Below, in pieces: positions 8,478-16,871 of a stretch of 26,462 nucleotides of DNA (its first letter is position 1; every line of letters begins with the position of its first letter). The notes beneath the pieces were generated by a model. The model saw only the letters and a program-made list of their open reading frames with translations, ran no database searches and was not told the DNA's origin. A program made the translations under genes and the position numbers. The stretch spans positions 1 through 26,462 of the forward strand of contig CAZDTF010000001.1 of assembly GCA_964508325.1 (NCBI GenBank), given 5' to 3'. The DNA comes from an uncultured Nitrosopumilaceae archaeon. Lineage in GTDB: Archaea; Thermoproteota; Nitrososphaeria; Nitrososphaerales; Nitrosopumilaceae.

Positions 8478-8975
8478 TCAGAGTACTTTGGATGGAACAT
8501 AGGCTCCTTTTATTTTTTGTAACCTTTCCAATCTTTTCATAACGAAAGCTGTAGTTTCACGAACTTCAGGGTTTGGGTCCTCTAGGCTTTTGGATATCAA
8601 GTCTTTAGAATCAAATGCGCGCATCAACCCCAAAGATTCTATTGCTTCATGTTTTGCAATCACACTTTTATCATTTAAGGCAGTTTCAACCAAATCTGGG
8701 ATTTTCTTTCTCATGTTTCTAGCAGCAATTTGGTAACATGCTTCGTGTTTTACAACCCCATTGTTATCGTTCTTTAATACCCATGCCATAAGATCTGCAA
8801 CTTCATCAAATAATGGAGTATCGGGATTCATTTCTGCTATTTCCCCTGCTAGCCATACTGCATCCCAACGTAAGGATTCATCAGGTTCATTTTTTATTAT
8901 TGATATGCATTTATCTAGCCGTTCTCTAATTGGAAGATTTCTTAGTTTACCCTCATCAAGTATGATATTGCTCAT
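8478..8975 (-). CDS. HEAT-repeat protein with two HE motifs (half deoxyhypusine-hydroxylase-like)
   Basis: VVKHEACY, IAKHEAIESLG and DPNPEVRETT...KRLE. The ATG at 8975 is preferred over the TTG at 8981. Confidence 0.85.
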   Translation of the reverse strand: MSNIILDEGKLRNLPIRERLDKCISIIKNEPDESLRWDAVWLAGEIAEMNPDTPLFDEVADLMAWVLKNDNNGVVKHEACYQIAARNMRKKIPDLVETALNDKSVIAKHEAIESLGLMRAFDSKDLISKSLEDPNPEVRETTAFVMKRLERLQKIKGAYVPSKVL

Positions 8976-8992
8976 TTCCAAATATGGAAATG
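8973..8992. promoter_or_regulatory. Palindromic operator candidate CATTTCCA-AATA-TGGAAATG
   Basis: Perfect 8-bp arms. It overlaps the HEAT gene start and sits at the divergent promoter shared with the 9072 regulator. Confidence 0.65.
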
Positions 8993-9071
8993 CTATATCC
9001 GTAAATAAGGATTGTTATTTCATCATGAGACACACTACTCGATTTAACCATCATTATCCTATACTTGTATA

Positions 9072-9689
9072 ATGTCAGGATTAGACACACTTATTGCAAA
9101 ATCGTTAGATTCAACAATTAAGGAAAATTTAGGTAAAAAAACCTTAGAAAAAGTTGAACAGAGACTCTTTGAGCGATATGGTATAAATCTTACACAGTCT
9201 ATTGAAGATTTTACTAAACTTGATAGTGTACTAAAAGAGTTTTTTGGTGAAGGTGCAGAAGGACTAGAAAAACAATTCTTGGAAAATATAGTCAGAATAG
9301 AACAAGAATCAAAAACTCAAAGCCCAAATTGGGTTGCAATAGAAGATGCTTCTCTTGCCAAATTAATTTTAGAATCATTTGGAGATGAAGACAAGAAAAA
9401 CATTCTAAATTCTGTCTTAGATGAACCCAGGATCATTTCAGACATTCTAGAAATCTCAAAAATACCACAGACCTCTGGTTATAGAAAAGTCAATTCTTTA
9501 ATTGATAATGGTCTATTAATAGTTCAAGGTCACATTACTACACATGACGGAAAAAGGGTGAGTAAGTATAAATCAATATTTGAGAATGTAACAATCAATA
9601 TTGAAAAAAATAAGGTGGTCGTCAAAGTTCTACTTGCTAAAGAGTCAATAGAAAAAAGCTCTGTAATTCAAGTAGTCCAATGTAGATGA
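9072..9689 (+). CDS. Transcriptional regulator: DUF3227-like helical N-terminal domain plus winged HTH
   Basis: The N-terminus has LFERYGI...LKEFFGEGAEGLE. The C-terminus has DKKNILNSV...ISDILEISKIPQTSGYRKVNSLIDNGLL...GKRVSKY (ArsR-like wHTH with wing). Confidence 0.8.
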   Translation: MSGLDTLIAKSLDSTIKENLGKKTLEKVEQRLFERYGINLTQSIEDFTKLDSVLKEFFGEGAEGLEKQFLENIVRIEQESKTQSPNWVAIEDASLAKLILESFGDEDKKNILNSVLDEPRIISDILEISKIPQTSGYRKVNSLIDNGLLIVQGHITTHDGKRVSKYKSIFENVTINIEKNKVVVKVLLAKESIEKSSVIQVVQCR

Positions 9690-9695
9690 TCACAA

Positions 9696-10496
9696 GTGCT
9701 GCGTTGGAAAAGGCATTCTGATAAGCCAGACATAGTACCTGAAAAGCTAGAAAGCCCAATTGATCCAAAAATACTATTACTTATTTTTGGGATAGTAGTA
9801 TCATTTCAGATTTATTTGTATCAGGCTTTTCCAAAACCAGATGATGCTTCTCATCTGATTGATGTCATTTCTGTCATCAACCCACTGATCTCTTCAATTG
9901 CCGCATTTATTGTAGTTAAGAAATATTGGGGATCGCGTGTTTTTGGAAAAGCGTATCTTGCTTTAGCGATAGGGTTTACCATGAATTTTCTTGGAGAGAC
10001 TGTTTATGGGATCTACGACACTTTGGGTTATGATACAAGTTTTGGCCCCATGGATATACTCTTCTATGCATTTTACCCGTTGATAATGGCCCATTTAATA
10101 TTAAATATCAGGTTTTTCAAGCCAAAAGTTGGAATTCTAACCAAAGCATGGGTGATAGCCATCCCAGTTGCTATCACATTAGTTTATTCAATCTTGTCAT
10201 TTCAAAAACAGGGTGAGGCTAACTTTGCTTTCTATACTGGCATGATTTATGTAATCTTAGGTTCAGCCATTTTATCAGGCACCATGTTAGGAGCAAGGGT
10301 ATTCAGGCAAGGTGTACTAGGAATGTCTTGGTTTGTTCTATTGATTGGTGTCATACTCTTAACTGTAGGTGACGTATGGTATTCATACCTGGATACGTTT
10401 GATCAATACACGTTGACTCACCCAGTGAATTTATTTTGGTATGGTGGTTACATGTTAGTTACTTATGCATTATACAAACATCAAAAAATAATTTAA
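9696..10496 (+). CDS. Multi-pass membrane protein resembling a stand-alone sensor domain (paralogue A)
   Basis: About 8 TM helices; GKAYLALAIG...GETVY...DILFYAFYP and GDVWYSY...HPVNLFWYGGY. There is no cytoplasmic kinase domain. Confidence 0.75.
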   Translation: MLRWKRHSDKPDIVPEKLESPIDPKILLLIFGIVVSFQIYLYQAFPKPDDASHLIDVISVINPLISSIAAFIVVKKYWGSRVFGKAYLALAIGFTMNFLGETVYGIYDTLGYDTSFGPMDILFYAFYPLIMAHLILNIRFFKPKVGILTKAWVIAIPVAITLVYSILSFQKQGEANFAFYTGMIYVILGSAILSGTMLGARVFRQGVLGMSWFVLLIGVILLTVGDVWYSYLDTFDQYTLTHPVNLFWYGGYMLVTYALYKHQKII

Positions 10497-10530
10497 TTTT
10501 TCTAAACACTATTCTAATTAACTAGCTAAA

Positions 10531-10565
10531 AAATACAGTATCACAAGTAACTGTATTTCTTTTTT
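10531..10565 (+). terminator. Terminator-like hairpin with T-run
   Basis: AAATACAGT (10531-10539) pairs with ACTGTATTT (10550-10558), followed by CTTTTTT, about 35 nt after the 10496 stop. Confidence 0.45.
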
Positions 10566-10652
10566 ATTACTTAACGCTACATATCTAGTAAATGTGTTCC
10601 CATTTTTGGCAGAACAACCTTTTATCTGAATTAATCCAAACAACAATTAATA

Positions 10653-10880
10653 ATGTTACGAATAAATACGACCCAAAAACAATGCGAACTCCCTCAAAAA
10701 AGCAATCAACTATCAGGTTTTTCATTAGAAGAGTCCAGCTTTGACACAGTACATGTGATAAAAACTATGTTGAAAATCATTAAAATAAAATCAGGAGATA
10801 ATATGGACGAAGAGACCAAAGCCCAATTTTCAAAGATTACCGATGCTGTTGTACAAATGGTAGAAGAAGCAAGAGAATAA
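10653..10880 (+). CDS. Small protein resembling a degenerate HisKA/DHp helix pair
   Basis: VIKTMLKIIKIKSGDNMDEETKAQFSKITDAVVQM resembles the post-H-box segment of thaumarchaeal histidine kinases. An alternative short start is the ATG at 10803 with AGGAGA upstream. Confidence 0.5.
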   Translation: MLRINTTQKQCELPQKSNQLSGFSLEESSFDTVHVIKTMLKIIKIKSGDNMDEETKAQFSKITDAVVQMVEEARE

Positions 10881-10930
10881 TAGAAACAATCACATCTATA
10901 GCCAATTTTTAGTATGTAATTTCTTAAGAC

Positions 10931-11830
10931 ATGCAGACATCTAAAGAGGATCTAATAGATCAGTCTGTTACTCATATGACAAGCGACATGGCTAATTTTT
11001 CTGTAATAGGATCCACTCTAGAATCCAAATCATATGATTATGAAATGTTGCTAGAAAAATTGAAAAATGAATTATCTAAATTTGGATTAACTTCAAACCA
11101 ATCAAAAGTCTTCTTGTTTTTAGAAAAATATGGTCCAAGTACAGCAACCCAAGTAAGCAAGACTTTAAAGGTCCCAAGAACAGAGACGTATCATCTTCTT
11201 ACCCACCTTCAAAACAAGGGAATAGTATCTGCTACATTTCAACATCCGATCAAATTTTCAGCATTGTCACTTGACAAAGCAATAGGAGTTCTGATAAACA
11301 CTGAAAAAGAAAGAGTAAAAACTTTAGAAACTCAGGAAAAAGGTTTGGTTGATCTTTGGAACACTATTCCAAATTTTAAGATCGACCAAAATGATTCTAA
11401 AGAAGGTAAATTTCAGATGCTCCAAGGAATAAATCAAATGACTGGAAAAATAAATGAAATGATTACCAAAACAAAAAATGAACTCCTTATCTTAGGATCA
11501 GAAAAAGACTATATGAAGTTTTATCATTCAGGTTTTTTGGAACTGATCACAGACTCTAAAGTGGAAGCAAAATTGATCACATCATCATCTAAAAAAACAA
11601 CCTACATCTACGATCAAAAATTAATATCCAAAGTAAAGAAGATGCCAAGCAAAATTAAAGAAAATCTGTGCTTTATAATAAAAGACGACAACGAATTGCT
11701 TTTATTCATGAAAAATGTGAGTGAATCTCCACAAAATGTTGTAGCAATGTGGACTGATTCGACTTCAATGATTTACACGATGAAATTGCTTTTTGGCTAT
11801 ATCTGGTCAAACTCTAGACATATACAATAA
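10931..11830 (+). CDS. TrmB-family transcriptional regulator
   Basis: LSKFGLTSNQSKVFLFL...ATQVSKTLKVPRTETYHLLTHLQNKGIV (TrmB HTH), then a coiled linker and a C-terminal effector domain. Confidence 0.92.
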   Translation: MQTSKEDLIDQSVTHMTSDMANFSVIGSTLESKSYDYEMLLEKLKNELSKFGLTSNQSKVFLFLEKYGPSTATQVSKTLKVPRTETYHLLTHLQNKGIVSATFQHPIKFSALSLDKAIGVLINTEKERVKTLETQEKGLVDLWNTIPNFKIDQNDSKEGKFQMLQGINQMTGKINEMITKTKNELLILGSEKDYMKFYHSGFLELITDSKVEAKLITSSSKKTTYIYDQKLISKVKKMPSKIKENLCFIIKDDNELLLFMKNVSESPQNVVAMWTDSTSMIYTMKLLFGYIWSNSRHIQ

Positions 11831-11849
11831 TGAAGGAATAAAAACCAAC

Positions 11850-12137
11850 ATGGATTTTGAAAAAAATCAATTAAGAAAAGCATTAGTTAGTCTTGCTGTT
11901 GAAAGAGTGTTAATTGATATTGGAGATCCAGTTTACGAGAAAGTGATAAAGCAATTATCCAAAGACTATGATTGCTATTTGCCTGATTGTTATGAACATC
12001 CAGAATACCTAAACAAAGTTTTAAAGAAACTCTTTGGGAACTCTTTTGTCACTATTGTAGAAGCGATAAAAAAAGAACTGGAGGTTCAAATGATAGAAAA
12101 ACCCATCGAAGTCTTTATCAGTACAATAAGTGAGTAA
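11850..12137 (+). CDS. Small Nitrosopumilus output-domain (NitrOD)-like protein
   Basis: KALVSLAVERVLIDIG...YDCYLPDCYEHPEYLNKVLKKLFG is recalled as the thaumarchaeal output domain found with response regulators. ATG at 11850. Confidence 0.7.
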   Translation: MDFEKNQLRKALVSLAVERVLIDIGDPVYEKVIKQLSKDYDCYLPDCYEHPEYLNKVLKKLFGNSFVTIVEAIKKELEVQMIEKPIEVFISTISE

Positions 12138-12139
12138 AT

Positions 12140-12940
12140 TTGCAAAATAATTTTGAGAGATTACAAGAACAGAAGCTACTATTCACGTGCCTTATTATCA
12201 CAGGTCTTGGAATACTAATAGCTACATTTCTTGGAAAAGAAATGGTCAAAACAGTGACTGATCTAACATACGTTCCAGTAGCTGGAATGCTGGTTGTTTT
12301 ATCGATAATTATTTCAGCAAGATTTCGAAAAACTGGAAATCATGGCAAAGCTTGGCTATTATTCTCAGGCCTTGCAATTTCATGGTTTATTGCAGAAACA
12401 ACTTGGATCATTTATGAACTTGGATATCATCTTAATCCATTTCCATCGCCAGCAGACGCATTTTATCTTATAGGATATCCGTTTTTATTTTTGTTTACGA
12501 TACATTACCTCAAACCATTTAAGAAATTAATTTCAAAAAAATTAATAATTTCTGCTTCAGTGATTACGATATCAGTTCTAATTCCAAGTTTGTATATGAC
12601 AATTGAGAACCATTCAAATGAAAGTGGTTTTGGAGTTATTTTAGGCGCAATTTATCCAATTGAAGATTCCATAGTTCTTGTTCCAGCAATAATTGGTATT
12701 GTTTTATTTTTTAGAGGTGAAGTAAACTTTTTGTGGACACTATTGTTGATTGGAATTTTGTTTGAAGTAATAGCAGATACGGGATTTCAATATGTCACAC
12801 TAAATAATTCATATTATACTGGTCATCCCGTAGACATTTTATTCATATGGTCATACATCATGTTTTCATTTGGTGTTTATAGTCATATTAAGATATTCAA
12901 AAAGGAAAACAGAATAAAAGAATCCAATAAATTTGTATGA
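12140..12940 (+). CDS. Multi-pass membrane protein resembling a stand-alone sensor domain (paralogue B)
   Basis: GKAWLLF...AETTWIIYEL...PFPSPADAFYLIGYP and ADTGFQY...GHPVDILFIWSY; same pattern as 9696..10496. Confidence 0.78.
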   Translation: MQNNFERLQEQKLLFTCLIITGLGILIATFLGKEMVKTVTDLTYVPVAGMLVVLSIIISARFRKTGNHGKAWLLFSGLAISWFIAETTWIIYELGYHLNPFPSPADAFYLIGYPFLFLFTIHYLKPFKKLISKKLIISASVITISVLIPSLYMTIENHSNESGFGVILGAIYPIEDSIVLVPAIIGIVLFFRGEVNFLWTLLLIGILFEVIADTGFQYVTLNNSYYTGHPVDILFIWSYIMFSFGVYSHIKIFKKENRIKESNKFV

Positions 12941-12968
12941 AAATCTGTGTCAGATTAATTAAAATATG

Positions 12969-13331
12969 TTATAAATTCTGAATTTTTGATGACATGCCAA
13001 AACTGCTTTGTTTCAATTGGAAAAAGAATTTTTCTTTACCGTCATAATCACACTTTACAAGCTCAAGTTCTTCTCCTAGTATAGGCTTTTTTAATCCTGT
13101 TTCTAACTCGCCCATTATTCTAATTGTATTTTCAAACTCAGCTATGCAAAAATGTGTATCTTCTTTCGTTGAGAACTCAATTAACTTTCCATTCCTTGAT
13201 ACTTGTCTCCATATTACGTTACCAAAACAGATGCTACAGAAATCGTATGGAGGCCAAACAAGCTTATTGCATTTAGGACATTCACTACACACAAATTTGC
13301 CATTTTTTAGTTCGTTTTCAAATTGATTCAT
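12969..13331 (-). CDS. DUF35 Zn-ribbon/OB-fold protein (thiolase partner)
   Basis: CPKC...PP...CSIC ribbon followed by an OB fold; 4-bp overlap with the thiolase. Confidence 0.88.
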   Translation of the reverse strand: MNQFENELKNGKFVCSECPKCNKLVWPPYDFCSICFGNVIWRQVSRNGKLIEFSTKEDTHFCIAEFENTIRIMGELETGLKKPILGEELELVKCDYDGKEKFFFQLKQSSFGMSSKIQNL

Positions 13332-14437
13332 GATTCAAAAATAAGGACAGTCGATGAGGTAGCAGCTGCTGACATGTTTTGAACTAGTCCAACTTTGGCC
13401 CCATTAATTTGACGCTTTCCTGCTCTACTTTGAAGTTGTTGGCCAATCTCTACAACCTGGGCTATTCCAGTAGCTCCTAAAGGGTGTCCAGAACCTATCA
13501 ATCCACCTCTAGGATTAATTCGCCTATCTTGCGTTTCATACAAATTTTTAACAAATTGATTCCCTTTTCCTTTTTGAGCAAACCCAAGGTCTTCTACTTC
13601 CACAATTTCACATATGCTAAACGCATCATGAACTTCGGCAACATCGATATCAGTGGGTTCCTTTTGTGACATTACATATGCATCATTAGCTGCATGTTTA
13701 GTTGATTTCATACTAGTAAGATCCTCGTTTTTGGTAAACCCAGCAGAGATTGATTTTTGACCTACTCCTGTTATCCAGACTGGGCAATCAGTGAATTTTT
13801 TTATGGTCTCTTCTGATGCAAGGAGTACTGCAGCAGAACCACTACACGGAAAAGAACAATCTAAAATGCGTATATCCTGAGTAATATTTTTTGAATGCAT
13901 GATTTCATCAACAGAATATTCTCTATCAAAATAGGCAAATGGATTTGCTAGCGCATTTTTGTGATTTTTAGCAGATACAATTGCAAGGTCTTCCATCGTA
14001 GTACCATATTTTCGCATATGCGATCTAGTAAACATTGAAGACCAATATACGGGATGTTTGTATTGACCTCGTGATTTGTCCCATTCTAAAACCAGACCCG
14101 GATTATCAAATTTTTCTGCGCCAACTACCAAGGCAACATCTGCCAAACCTGAGGTAATGTATGAAAAGGCAGAAATTACACTATTTGCACCAGAATTGCA
14201 CAAACTCTCAACTGAGTGAGATATTTTTGGTGAAATTCCTGCAATCTCAGACACTATGTTTGCCAAGTATTTGCTATTGTCATTAGTTGAAGTAAGAACA
14301 ACACTTACATCATTTTGAGTCAGGTTGGAAGTGTTTTCAAAAAGTGACTTTATTGAAGATAGCATCAGAGACGCTATGGAAACATCCTCTTTGTTGAATT
14401 TTGTGAGGCCAAATCCGCCAATGGCTACTCTTCTCAA
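13328..14437 (-). CDS. Thiolase-family protein (archaeal/SCP2-like)
   Basis: VESLCNSG, NHKNALANPFA, EVHDAF and NPRGGLIGSGHPLGATG. Confidence 0.92.
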   Translation of the reverse strand: MRRVAIGGFGLTKFNKEDVSIASLMLSSIKSLFENTSNLTQNDVSVVLTSTNDNSKYLANIVSEIAGISPKISHSVESLCNSGANSVISAFSYITSGLADVALVVGAEKFDNPGLVLEWDKSRGQYKHPVYWSSMFTRSHMRKYGTTMEDLAIVSAKNHKNALANPFAYFDREYSVDEIMHSKNITQDIRILDCSFPCSGSAAVLLASEETIKKFTDCPVWITGVGQKSISAGFTKNEDLTSMKSTKHAANDAYVMSQKEPTDIDVAEVHDAFSICEIVEVEDLGFAQKGKGNQFVKNLYETQDRRINPRGGLIGSGHPLGATGIAQVVEIGQQLQSRAGKRQINGAKVGLVQNMSAAATSSTVLIFES

Positions 14438-15405
14438 TTTTTACTACCTGATAGCGTAGAGACAAGTAGTTTAAAGGATTTCGTAACTTTGTCTATTGGA
14501 TTAAACTGTATGATTGGCAACGAAACACCAGCTTTTACGAACTTTTCTAGCTTTTTCTTACAATCTTCTGGAGTACCACAGATAGTAAGAGAATCAAGCA
14601 TATCGTCAGAAACTAGTTTGTAATTTGTATCAAGACCAGATTTTTTGTATTCATCATATATGCCTTGCACTTCTTTTGCAAATCCATTTTTTGCTAAAAA
14701 TTCTCTATAAATTTTTCCAACCGACACATAAAATGCAAGTGTCATTTTTGCTCGATGTATTGCCTTGTCTTCATCTTCAGATAGGCAAGTAATGAATTGA
14801 CTAGATACATCAATTTTTTTCTTCGTTTGCATTTTTTGTATTGTCTTTTGAAGTTCTGAAATGGGTCTCAAGTAGAATATTACACCGTCAGCAATTTCCC
14901 ATGATAACTCAACCATTTTTTGGTTTATCGCAGATATATAAATTGGGATTTTCTTTCTTGGTGGCTTGATCAATAATGAAAAATTTTTTAGATGAAATAA
15001 CTTTCCATCATAATTTGCTTTCTTTCCAGATAATATCAGATGAATTATTTCTACATATTCACGCATTCGTTGGACCGGTTGATCAAATTCAAGGCCATGC
15101 CAATCTTGTACAATAGGCTCACTGCTTGTTCCCAATCCGAGTATTAATCTCCCGTTTGATAGTGTGTCAAGAGTTGCTGCGCCCATTGCGATAAGTGACG
15201 GCGTCCTAGAATAGATGTTGATTATCGATGAACCAATTTTTGAATTTTTTACAATTTGTGACACTGTACCAAGCATTGATAACCCTTCCATCCCCCAAGT
15301 CTCAGGAATCCAAATAGAATCAGGATTATATCTGGATAAAATTTTAGCACATTCTAATAATTCATTTATGGATAACAGTGACCCTAAGCTATAAGCAACT
15401 CTCAT
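14434..15405 (-). CDS. LLM-class (probably F420-dependent, Mer-like) oxidoreductase
   Basis: IWIPE, YSRTPSLIAMGAATLDTLSNGRLILGLGTS, IPIYISA and GTPEDC. Confidence 0.92.
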   Translation of the reverse strand: MRVAYSLGSLLSINELLECAKILSRYNPDSIWIPETWGMEGLSMLGTVSQIVKNSKIGSSIINIYSRTPSLIAMGAATLDTLSNGRLILGLGTSSEPIVQDWHGLEFDQPVQRMREYVEIIHLILSGKKANYDGKLFHLKNFSLLIKPPRKKIPIYISAINQKMVELSWEIADGVIFYLRPISELQKTIQKMQTKKKIDVSSQFITCLSEDEDKAIHRAKMTLAFYVSVGKIYREFLAKNGFAKEVQGIYDEYKKSGLDTNYKLVSDDMLDSLTICGTPEDCKKKLEKFVKAGVSLPIIQFNPIDKVTKSFKLLVSTLSGSKN

Positions 15406-15411
15406 AGGTTC

Positions 15412-16101
15412 TCATTTTTTAAATATAAAATTCTCATAGCCATACGAATCCATGTCATTTGCACATTGTTCAATATCTTTGTGAGAGTCTATTGAGCGCC
15501 AAAAAGCCTTCACATATTTAACAGCAAAAAGAGATCCTTTTTTTGCAAGTAATGGAAATGTAGTTTTTTCTATATTTCCTTTTTTTGGAATGTATCTAAG
15601 TATTTCTTTCGTCAAATAATAAACGCCAGCATTCATCCAATAATCTAAAATTTCAGGTTTTTCTTCAAATCTTTTTACACTGTCATTAGTTAGATGTACA
15701 ACACCAAATGATGTCCTAAGAGGAATTATCGCAATTGAGTTTGGATTTGTTTTTAATTGTCTTGGATCGAGATTTGTAATTACATCACCATTTATTACAA
15801 AAAAGTTTTCGTCGTCGATAAGATTACTGGCTTTTTTTATTGCCCCGCCAGTACCAAGCATTGTTTTTTCAATGGAATAATCAATTTTTATAACATTTTT
15901 TTTTGGTTTAAGATAATTTACTATCTGATCACTTTTGTATCCTGCACAGATAACAAACTCGTTTATGCCAAATTTTTGGAAATATCTTATCTGCCACTCT
16001 ATTAATGGGATATTGTTTATCGGAACAAGTGATTTTGGCACATAATCTGTCATTGGTTTTAGTCTTGTACCTGCTCCACCTGATAAAATGATGGCCTTCA
16101 T
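15412..16101 (-). CDS. Sugar-phosphate nucleotidyltransferase (NTP_transferase domain only)
   Basis: MKAIILSGGAGTRLKPMT..VPKSL, LGTGGAIK, NGDV, FEEKP and NAGVY. Confidence 0.92.
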   Translation of the reverse strand: MKAIILSGGAGTRLKPMTDYVPKSLVPINNIPLIEWQIRYFQKFGINEFVICAGYKSDQIVNYLKPKKNVIKIDYSIEKTMLGTGGAIKKASNLIDDENFFVINGDVITNLDPRQLKTNPNSIAIIPLRTSFGVVHLTNDSVKRFEEKPEILDYWMNAGVYYLTKEILRYIPKKGNIEKTTFPLLAKKGSLFAVKYVKAFWRSIDSHKDIEQCANDMDSYGYENFIFKK

Positions 16102-16224
16102 AGATAGTTGCTAAGTTTTTTACAATTAAAACATTTGCAAAACAAATTTTTGTTAAGTCAATTCAAGCAAAGAAGGTCTGTGAGTTTTCATAGGTTTATT
16201 AATTGTAGACAGAACAACAAGACT

Positions 16225-16641
16225 ATGGCATTAAAGGCAGCAATAATAATGTCGGTTATTTCAATTGCCATGCTTGCAATTTATGGAGTAGATGTCATGG
16301 CTACAGGTCCACAAACTGGAAACAGTAATGACAACCAAAAAGCTGGCTTTCTTCAGATGAATTCATCTGCTAGAGGATCAATTTTTGGCATAGTTCCATC
16401 TGCCATGTTAATAATATCATTTTTTATTACAAGAAAAGAACCATCAAAAAAGCTTGGAATCTTAATTATAATTGGCGGTGCATTAATCATCATTGGAACT
16501 GCCGTAATTCTTGGTATGCAAGGAGCACAACTGCCAGATAGGGCAGTACGCGAATTTGGAGCTGTACTTGGTATAGGAATAATCATTACAATTTTGGGAA
16601 GCTTGAAGATAAAAAAATCCACCAAAGTTGCAACCGCTTAA
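16225..16641 (+). CDS. Hypothetical membrane protein (about 4 TM)
   Basis: The ATG at 16225 (MALKAAII) is preferred over the track start at 16108; four hydrophobic segments. Confidence 0.75.
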   Translation: MALKAAIIMSVISIAMLAIYGVDVMATGPQTGNSNDNQKAGFLQMNSSARGSIFGIVPSAMLIISFFITRKEPSKKLGILIIIGGALIIIGTAVILGMQGAQLPDRAVREFGAVLGIGIIITILGSLKIKKSTKVATA

Positions 16642-16775
16642 TGAGCATGCCTGCATGTACAAAATGTGGTCAAGATGCAAAAAAGACATACAATTGTGAA
16701 CATACAAGCGAACAAGAATACTGTGTCGAATGTTATACGGAATTACATTATTACCTGACAGAACCAAGCCCATAA
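16641..16775 (+). CDS. Zinc-finger microprotein (44 aa; not in ORF track)
   Basis: MSMPACTKCGQDAKKTYNCEHTSEQEYCVECYTELHYYLTEPSP*. The ATG overlaps the upstream TAA (TAATG). Confidence 0.78.
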   Translation: MSMPACTKCGQDAKKTYNCEHTSEQEYCVECYTELHYYLTEPSP

Positions 16776-16794
16776 AATAACCCATATCTATCTT

Positions 16795-16812
16795 ATTCCC
16801 AGAAATGGGAAT
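16795..16812. promoter_or_regulatory. Palindromic operator candidate ATTCCCA-GAAA-TGGGAAT
   Basis: Perfect 7-bp arms, about 60 nt upstream of ORF 16872. Confidence 0.6.
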
Positions 16813-16871
16813 CTGCATGTCTACAAAAATGACACGCAAGTATACAATAAAACCAAGTTATTACACATCTC

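Noticed and set aside
8761-9072. 103-aa + strand ORF
   Set aside because: It is antisense to the well-supported HEAT/HE protein.
10592-10744. ATG-initiated ~50-codon + strand ORF upstream of and overlapping 10653
   Set aside because: It has no recognisable motif and overlaps the better-supported 10653 frame.
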